Below, one piece after another: positions 34,401 through 40,000 of a stretch of 40,000 bases of DNA. The stretch is from Bacteroidota bacterium (GTDB taxonomy: Bacteria > Bacteroidota > Bacteroidia > B-17B0 > Aurantibacillaceae). The translations under genes and the position numbers were made by a program. The DNA is taken from NCBI GenBank assembly GCA_052035725.1, contig JBPOHJ010000019.1, positions 38,163 through 78,162 on the forward strand. Reading direction: 5' to 3'. The notes beneath the pieces were generated by a model. That model did no database searches, was not told the origin of the DNA, and worked only from the letters and a program-made list of their open reading frames with translations. The stretch's first letter is position 1; each line of letters begins with the position of its first letter.

Positions 34401-35455
34401 ATAGGGTTGTTAATGTAAGAGGCGCTGGTTTTGGTCCAGATGTAAAAGAAATACCCTCCCAGAAAAATTTGTCCCGGATCGCTTGGATTCACAAGTAATA
34501 CCTGCGAATAGTCACCGGTTGCAATGGTGCCACCATTCGAAAGGTGATCAATAGCCGATGATCCCTGCGCAATCAATCCCCAATTTGCACCTGCATCATC
34601 ACTCACAAATAAACCCTGAAGCGAAGCAGAGCTGTTGTTAGTGTACTTTTTAGCGCAGGAAGCATAAATTACGTTGGGATTGCTAGGAGAAACTGCCAAT
34701 TCAATACGGCCATAGTTGGAGTCAGATAGTACCGGTGAAATTGGTGTAATGCCCGTGAAACTGCTGAGTGTATTGTCGGTTGATTTGTAAACTTTTGTTG
34801 CTACCGTAGCCGTTGCGCCTGTGCCTTCGGCATTACCGATAGAAAAGAATAAAATTCCTGCTGAGTTAAACTTCACATCAATACCAACGGTCACGTTCAC
34901 TGTCATGTTAGGTACTGAAGCCGTTGTAAAGCTGTTGCCACCGTCGTTAGAAATCAACACACCTAAATTGGTGGCCAGCACAATGATGTCCTTATTTGTA
35001 GGATGACAGGCAATGCGGTTAATTACGGTGCCAGTGATGGCTGAACTTGCCACTTGCACCAGGGTGCTGCCATTAAGTTTATACAAGCCTGTACCGGCCT
35101 GAGCTTTGGCTTTTTGACCTGGGCGGAGGAAACCTTCACCGGTGCCCACATAAATGATATTGTCAAAAGCCTGAGCCATGTAAGAAATATTACGAACAGT
35201 GCCCTGATCGTCCAGGGCCGACCAATTTGCGCCCCCATCTAACGACCTGAAAACGCCACTGGTGGTACTTCCCACATAAAGCGTTTTTCCGCTCACATCG
35301 GCTTTGTCAATCACCATGTTGCGGGAACGACCTGCCGAATAGATCGGACCTGCCGGAGCCCAGCTAAAGTTTTGAGCCTCAATTAGTCCTGAAAGGGAAA
35401 GCAAACCAACCAGACCTAAGGTTTTGCCAAGTTTCGTAAATCTTTGAATCATCAT
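31424..35455 (-). CDS. large secreted protein: BNR/Asp-box beta-propeller-like regions, a Thr/Ser/Val-rich repeat core and a T9SS C-terminal sorting domain
   Basis: The ATG at 35453-35455 gives MMIQRFTKLGKTLGLVGLLSLSGLIEAQ. Asp-box-like motifs are SLDGGANWSAL, SNDGGNSFT and SDDAGANWGL. The C-terminus is MYPNPSNGVVTIEF...LNAGIYIVSVSGD...KLIVTK. The track start at 35494 is TTG. Confidence 0.8.
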   Translation of the reverse strand: MMIQRFTKLGKTLGLVGLLSLSGLIEAQNFSWAPAGPIYSAGRSRNMVIDKADVSGKTLYVGSTTSGVFRSLDGGANWSALDDQGTVRNISYMAQAFDNIIYVGTGEGFLRPGQKAKAQAGTGLYKLNGSTLVQVASSAITGTVINRIACHPTNKDIIVLATNLGVLISNDGGNSFTTASVPNMTVNVTVGIDVKFNSAGILFFSIGNAEGTGATATVATKVYKSTDNTLSSFTGITPISPVLSDSNYGRIELAVSPSNPNVIYASCAKKYTNNSSASLQGLFVSDDAGANWGLIAQGSSAIDHLSNGGTIATGDYSQVLLVNPSDPGQIFLGGYFFYIWTKTSASYINNPIGIWTKNISSPFAFGSPFYLHENIHDIKISGSGSSAKFYFITDAGIYRSSDMVSINQNLPPSFQPFYKGLVTGQFNSVSIESFPLGANTGSNAVPGTAVVPYSGFIGGTGANGLTYYSGTADNVSSEISYLSGEVYNTEYSKILSDAALTTVGTGGLYRTTNAKNANPALVNVNYYSGALSRVAPTAADFANTGYNTSGTPFKLWENYGQVNPSPDNAVFYNDSSRFQASMIGLATLTTQTSFSFQAARPNKFALIDSIVIRTATVTVPGAPVLNVPFTGSDRKDLMITFNSNYAVTSTTTAPSFTLVNVTPATTVKNPYGPNPSSNALHGVTLNAQSLSDNISVTFTAPPFANKTQTFANVPDPASYYRVFATVFYKYKVGDTVQVVDNNISTKTTSYTTVLTNSLSWRYGPAPSYSLVANTATPVLNPTFVVNPGNTTSTTSPIVVSNWLAIPYTITTTGDYTLAATPVQHTITATSTLVSPTSYTLFPGAITQTNAVFVVTPTATTIYTITANNGTATADTYSTIGASTFVLNPGNVNQASNVFTVSLNASTVFTLEGISSNTVTGLNTLASTTLSPVRTFSTVGGTGQPTFPVSNPTVKIPMVRSARLALALNYNQITGGANSIVVSKAPLNLNDPLNFVRVSQSGCLSDDANGAPTNNTITITGKPTLIEWSKKGTELYYATDDNKLYRVSHITDIMDLSPSSYSGKFFTDIFAYNGGSPSTPNAATINPVSPYRTTLIGSFTKPITSISISNDDAFMALTFNDPVPTGTAGIVMYNTNSIKTSNSTNIGWSKRDGTGLSNVVTYCALMEANDNKKLFVGTDNGIYYTPDITSASPAWVKANNGILPNVQIFDIEQQTLNNSSCYNSGQIYVATNGRGIWTNSTYLNSYYVSVDEIADKVTENNITMYPNPSNGVVTIEFATESNEEASIQVYDLNGRMVKSLPAQKAGAGMMTQTLDTSDLNAGIYIVSVSGDSNVKRAAKLIVTK

Positions 35456-35601
35456 ACAGCGAATAAGGTGTAGTGTATTTGTAAATTTTAACAAATTTGT
35501 TCAAATATACTCAAATATCAAAATCAGATTCCCCTCTTTTTCTCAAAAAAACCATCTTTTTTTAGAACTGGCTTTATTTGCAGTTCAAGCGGTAGGAAAT
35601 G

Positions 35602-35634
35602 AAAAAACCCCAACAACCTGAAGGTCAATTGGGG
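35602..35634 (-). terminator. rho-independent terminator after ndk
   Basis: On the minus strand: CCCCAA ttgaccttcaggttg TTGGGG followed by TTTTTT. It starts about 22 nt after the stop at 35657-35659. Confidence 0.65.
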
Positions 35635-35656
35635 TTACGATCAATAAGGTACCTTA

Positions 35657-36076
35657 TCAGAACCTTTCCAATTGCGAAAAGAAAAAGTCTGCTTCTGCTT
35701 CGGCGTTTTTATCACTGTCGCTGCCGTGTACCGCATTGGCGGCTATGGATTTAGCGAAAAGTTTGCGAATGGTGCCTTCCGCGGCCTTGCTTGGGTCGGT
35801 AGCCCCAATTAGTTCTCTGAAATCAGCCACCGCATTGGTTTTACTGAGCACTGCGGCTACAATGGGGCCACTGCTCATGTATTCGGTGAGTTCGCCAAAA
35901 AACGGTCGTTCCTTATGCACTGCATAAAATTGTCCGGCCTGTGCACTGGTTAAACGTAAGTATTTCATGGCAACGATCTTAAATCCTGCTTTGTTGATCA
36001 TGGCTAAAATAGGGCCCACGTTGTTGGCTTCTACTGCATCCGGTTTGATCATTGTAAATGTGAGTGTACCTGTCAT
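35657..36076 (-). CDS. ndk: nucleoside-diphosphate kinase
   Basis: [10 protein letters not shown], the NAVHGSDS active-site His context, and 139 aa. Confidence 0.95.
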   Translation of the reverse strand: MTGTLTFTMIKPDAVEANNVGPILAMINKAGFKIVAMKYLRLTSAQAGQFYAVHKERPFFGELTEYMSSGPIVAAVLSKTNAVADFRELIGATDPSKAAEGTIRKLFAKSIAANAVHGSDSDKNAEAEADFFFSQLERF

Positions 36077-36220
36077 CTTGCTTTAATTTGGGCAGCAAAA
36101 GTAGGCAATCGCGGTGGTTTATGCAAATGGGCACCAGTGAAAAGCCTGCATGCATTTGCTTTGCCGTAAATGACTTTTTCCTCCCAAAGGCTTTCTTACA
36201 TTTGTTTCTTTCTTACTCGC

Positions 36221-37138
36221 GTGCGTCAAAGTTTTGAATTGCTCATACTTGGAAGTTCTTCTGCAAGTCCAACCAGCAGCCGAAATGTAAGCGCCCAACT
36301 TTTGAATATTGCAGAACGGTATTTTCTTATCGACTGCGGAGAAGCCACTCAAATCCAGCTCCGCCGGTTCAAAGCCAAATTTCAAGCCATCGACCACATT
36401 TTTATTTCGCACCTTCATGGGGACCATTTTTTTGGCTTACCCGGCCTGCTCAGCAGTATGCACCTGCTTGGCCGTCAACAAGCGCTCAACATTTACGCCC
36501 CTCCCGGACTGAAGGAACTAATCGACAAACTGAACAAATTGTCTGAAACGCAATTGAATTTCCCCGTGCAATGGCACGAAACCGCCAAGGGAATTTCAAA
36601 AATGTTATTTGAAGACGAAAAGGTAGAAGTGTATTCGTTTCCCCTGCAGCATCGAATAGTGTGTAATGGTTTTTTGTTCAGGGAGAAAAAACAAGCCCGT
36701 AAAATTGACAAATACAAATTGGAGAAAAACAAGGTGTCAACTGCCGATATTCAGTTGCTGAGAAAAGGATTGGATGTGCTGAATGCTGATGGTGAGTTAA
36801 TCAGGAACAGTGAAGTAACCCTTGATCCATTGCCACCCCGTGCTTTCGCATATTGCAGTGATACCATTTACAACGAAGAGGTGTGCAGTTACATACAAGG
36901 TGTGGATTTGTTGTACCACGAAAGCACTTTTCTTGAAGATCAAGCTGCAAGGGCGGCTAAAACCTTTCATTCTACTGCCAAACAAGCGGCTGACATTGCC
37001 CTTAAGGCAGGTGCCAAACAATTGCTGCTTGGGCACTTTTCTGCCAGATACAGAGTGTTGGACGATTTTTACACAGAAGCGGCCACCGTGTTTCCCAATT
37101 GTTTGTTAGCATCCGACGGAAAATTAATTAAAATTTAA
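36221..37138 (+). CDS. rnz: ribonuclease Z (MBL fold)
   Basis: FELLILGSSSASPTSSRNVSAQLL...YFLIDCGEATQ and the HLHGDH zinc motif. The start is ambiguous. A GTG at 36221 gives the family-typical N-terminus, and an ATG at 36170 would add 17 aa. Confidence 0.85.
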   Translation: MRQSFELLILGSSSASPTSSRNVSAQLLNIAERYFLIDCGEATQIQLRRFKAKFQAIDHIFISHLHGDHFFGLPGLLSSMHLLGRQQALNIYAPPGLKELIDKLNKLSETQLNFPVQWHETAKGISKMLFEDEKVEVYSFPLQHRIVCNGFLFREKKQARKIDKYKLEKNKVSTADIQLLRKGLDVLNADGELIRNSEVTLDPLPPRAFAYCSDTIYNEEVCSYIQGVDLLYHESTFLEDQAARAAKTFHSTAKQAADIALKAGAKQLLLGHFSARYRVLDDFYTEAATVFPNCLLASDGKLIKI

Positions 37139-37173
37139 CAGCTGCTTTCCCATTACTGTTTTATCTTTGCCAC

Positions 37174-37848
37174 ATGGTTAAGGTACTAATTGCCGATAAA
37201 AATTTCCTGTCCCGGGTGGGGCTCGAATTGTTGGTGGGTGAACTCAAGGGTTTTGAGCTGGTGCCATCTGTTTGCGGTGAAAAAGAGGATCTGGTTAACC
37301 AATTGCAACTCTCCAAACCTAATTTGGCGATTCTCGACTTTATTTCACTTGGCATCAGTATCAAAGAATTGGAGCAACTGAGTAAAAAGTACAGTAAAAC
37401 CCGTTTTCTGGTTATCACAGAAGTGCTTTCCAAGTCAGAATTCAGTGCCATACTGGCCACAGGAATATCAAGCTATCTCTTAAAAGAATGCGATCGCTTG
37501 GAGATACTGGAAGCCATCAACGCTTCCCTGAATCGAGATAAATTTGTGTGCAGCAAAATCGCAGCCATTTTAACTGCCAGTGCTGAAATTACAACCAATA
37601 ATTCTTTCATTAAATCGCTTGCTTGTGATGGAATTCCGGTGACTGACCGGGAAATTGACATTATACGTGGTATTGCCGAAGGTTTATCCAATAAACTCAT
37701 TGCCGATAAACTGAGTCTAAGTACACACACAGTAAACACTCACCGTAAAAACATCATGCACAAATTAGGGGTCAACAATACCGCCGGAGTTGTGATGTTT
37801 GCTGTAAAAAATGGTTTACTCGAAACCAATTTTAATTTACATTCCTGA
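37174..37848 (+). CDS. LuxR/NarL-family response regulator (receiver plus HTH)
   Basis: The receiver has Asp in LAILDF, Thr in LVITEV and Lys in YLLKEC. The C-terminal HTH is TDREIDIIRGIAEGLSNKLIADKLSLSTHTVNTHRKNIMHKLG. Confidence 0.85.
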   Translation: MVKVLIADKNFLSRVGLELLVGELKGFELVPSVCGEKEDLVNQLQLSKPNLAILDFISLGISIKELEQLSKKYSKTRFLVITEVLSKSEFSAILATGISSYLLKECDRLEILEAINASLNRDKFVCSKIAAILTASAEITTNNSFIKSLACDGIPVTDREIDIIRGIAEGLSNKLIADKLSLSTHTVNTHRKNIMHKLGVNNTAGVVMFAVKNGLLETNFNLHS

Positions 37849-37861
37849 ATTTTGTAAGGCG

Positions 37862-39577
37862 TTATTTTGTCGCGTATTTCCGTTTTCTGAAATAGCCAAC
37901 CAGCCAGGCTACTACTATCAGAACAATTAGTGGAACTGCCACATTCAGCACCTGCCACTTGCGGCGCTCGGTGTTTATTTTTTTCTTATCAAGCAAACGC
38001 AATTTCACCTCCCGCGAGCGCAACTGCAACATGCCTTCATCATCGAGGAGGTAATTCACACAATTCAATAAAAAAGTCTTATTGGCGAAAGTTTGCCGTG
38101 TGTAACGGTCGTATCCCAGATCAAAAATTTCACCGGTGCTGCGCATAAAATCGTTGGCGGCCACATCGCCATCTGCTACCACAATCATTTTAGTGGGTTT
38201 GCCTTTATCAATGTAAGTAAAGCTACTATCCTGTAAAAGCACCGATGGCAAACGGTATTCCACAAAACTACTAAAGGAGCCTTCCAGCAAACAAGCTACG
38301 GGTTGGTACGAATCTTTAAACTGCGATTCTTTGACCTGCATTTGCACCATACCTAAATATACCCTGGCCGGCGCAGGCACAGTTTTGCTGTACTTTGAAG
38401 ATTTTAAGAGGATGGTTTTTTTAATACCTCTTGCAGAAGACACCGTATCCAATGAACTGAGAAATTCAAAGCGGATCAGATCAAGGTTTTTTACAATTGG
38501 GTGTTCGCTGTTAGGGAGTATCAGCGGGTTGTAAACCCAGGGGAACATTTCAATTTTGGGTTCGCCTTTTTTGAAACCGGTGTTGATGGGTATGGTAGCA
38601 CATTGTAAATCCTGAATAAGAAGAGGATTCAAACGTACACCATACTTGAACAGCATTTCGTCGAGGTTGAGGTTGCGGTTCAAACCAAGTGTAAAGCCCC
38701 GCAAACGCAAAGAGTCGGCTCGTACTTCCAAAGGATCAATAAGCCATAACACCTTACCGCCTTTCATGATGTATTGGTCAATCACAAAAATTTCCTTGTC
38801 TGTAAAGGCGGTGTCGGGTTTGGAAATAACAAGGGCGTCGGTTCCATCAAGGGCATGCAATTCAAATCCCTTCGCAATTTTTGTGCGATTAACGGTGTAG
38901 TATTCCGAAAGGGATTTCATGAACTGGTATTGCCTGATGGTATCCAGCTCGTGGTGGCCTTCAAGAAAGGTGACCTCTTTGGTTTTGTTTTGCTGGAGCT
39001 TGCGAATAGCATTGGCCAAACCGTACTCCAATTCCTGCACCGAGTTGTTCACACATTCTTCGGGTGGAATGCCGATTTGCCGTTTAAAAATCTGCCACAC
39101 CGTTTCTTTGCCTTTAAAGCTCACTATAGCTCCCGGCCAAATAATGGTTTCGGTAGTTTTTTCTTTGCCTTTTTGTATAATCTGTTCTGGAATAAGGCCT
39201 TTCTCGTACAATTGACGCTCCAACTCACTGGCTTGTGATTTGCTCAAACCTTCAGCAGGATGAATAAACTCAAATTGGATGTTGTCTTTTGCATATGCCC
39301 TGAACTCACCCAGTATTTCTCTGGCCTCATTTCTCAAACGCGTAAAACTGGGATTAAAGTCGCCCTGCAGGTAGATTTTTAAATACACCTCATCGTCGAG
39401 TTTTCTCAAAAGGTCAATGGTTGATGAAGAGAGGGTGTACCGTTTTTCGGATGTAAGATCGAAGCGCTTAAAAAAATAAAAACCAATAACGTTGAGGGTC
39501 ACAACAATTCCACACAAGAGTGCAAAACGGCTCAAATCTTTACGTTTGCGGGTGCTATGTGTGGATTTGTTTACCAT
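37862..39577 (-). CDS. gldG: gliding-motility-associated ABC transporter substrate-binding protein GldG
   Basis: 571 aa with N- and C-terminal TM anchors. Its start overlaps the gldF stop by 7 nt. Size and sequence character match my memory of GldG. Confidence 0.8.
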   Translation of the reverse strand: MVNKSTHSTRKRKDLSRFALLCGIVVTLNVIGFYFFKRFDLTSEKRYTLSSSTIDLLRKLDDEVYLKIYLQGDFNPSFTRLRNEAREILGEFRAYAKDNIQFEFIHPAEGLSKSQASELERQLYEKGLIPEQIIQKGKEKTTETIIWPGAIVSFKGKETVWQIFKRQIGIPPEECVNNSVQELEYGLANAIRKLQQNKTKEVTFLEGHHELDTIRQYQFMKSLSEYYTVNRTKIAKGFELHALDGTDALVISKPDTAFTDKEIFVIDQYIMKGGKVLWLIDPLEVRADSLRLRGFTLGLNRNLNLDEMLFKYGVRLNPLLIQDLQCATIPINTGFKKGEPKIEMFPWVYNPLILPNSEHPIVKNLDLIRFEFLSSLDTVSSARGIKKTILLKSSKYSKTVPAPARVYLGMVQMQVKESQFKDSYQPVACLLEGSFSSFVEYRLPSVLLQDSSFTYIDKGKPTKMIVVADGDVAANDFMRSTGEIFDLGYDRYTRQTFANKTFLLNCVNYLLDDEGMLQLRSREVKLRLLDKKKINTERRKWQVLNVAVPLIVLIVVAWLVGYFRKRKYATK

Positions 39578-40000
39578 TTTCTGCTTTGCAATACTAAACG
39601 GGTGGACAAGGTAAACACGGCAATTAAACTGATAAAGTACAATACGTCTCTTGTATCTAAAACTCCGCGACTCATGCTCACATAATGTTCATTGATACCC
39701 ACACTTTTGATCAGGGCGTCAAATTTTCCGAATAAACCTGCGTTGGCAATAAAATCAAACCCCAGGTGCACAAAAAAACACAGCAACAAAGCCAATATAA
39801 AGGCAATCACCTGATTGTCTGATATGGAAGAGGCAAACACACCTATGGAGGCAAAGCCCGCACCCAGGAACAACAAACCAATGTAAGAGCCCCACATGCC
39901 ACCGGTATCGATGTTGCCTTTTGGAGCGCCCAATTTATGAACGCTATAATAATAGATAAGGGTAGGCAGGAGGGAGAACAAAACAAGACTGAATGAAGCC
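39571..40000 (-). CDS. gldF: gliding-motility-associated ABC transporter permease GldF (C-terminal part; the gene continues past the window edge)
   Basis: There is no in-frame stop up to nt 39999. The sequence ...GNIDTGGMWGSYIGLLFLGAGFASIGVFASSISDNQVIAF...HYVSMSRGVLDTRDVLYF aligns in my memory with Flavobacterium GldF. Confidence 0.8.
   Translation of the reverse strand, partial: ASFSLVLFSLLPTLIYYYSVHKLGAPKGNIDTGGMWGSYIGLLFLGAGFASIGVFASSISDNQVIAFILALLLCFFVHLGFDFIANAGLFGKFDALIKSVGINEHYVSMSRGVLDTRDVLYFISLIAVFTLSTRLVLQSRKW

Overview
This 40-kb window looks like a Bacteroidota chromosome segment. That call is an inference from gene content only: gldF/gldG gliding-motility genes, two proteins with T9SS C-terminal sorting domains, and many lipoprotein and beta-barrel genes. 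The flanks are ordinary core and transport genes. On the left: a cation-transporter operon (Ca2+/H+ exchanger plus a VIT-like protein) with small beta-barrel genes, a Cys-type arylsulfatase, a K+ channel, a complete RND efflux operon (adaptor, pump, outer-membrane factor), tsaC and an SDR. On the right: aroQ, xerD, ispH, a DEDDh exonuclease, murQ, a 1343-aa T9SS cargo protein, ndk, rnz, a LuxR-type response regulator, gldG and partial gldF. The unusual part is a co-directional, visibly AT-rich block of small unrelated genes on the minus strand, about 18.8-26.9 kb and clearest at 20.9-26.9 kb, directly downstream of aroQ/xerD. Its products are mostly secreted or membrane-anchored. They include a CHAP amidase, YwqK/MORN-like, DUF1493-like and DUF4328 proteins, a small T9SS cargo, and GNAT, GyrI-like and DoxX proteins. 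Its spacers share several sequence modules: a 31-nt near-identical repeat, a motif just after stop codons, a 60-70-nt downstream element, and a 12-bp perfect inverted repeat bracketing one spacer. I read this block as a cassette-array-like accessory island, possibly holding effector/immunity genes and a possible invertible switch. All functional interpretation there is inference. A second unexplained region is a 520-bp hairpin-dense non-coding gap (16627-17149) that contains a 126-nt cloverleaf-like fold. I recognised no rRNA, tRNA, CRISPR array, transposase or phage gene.
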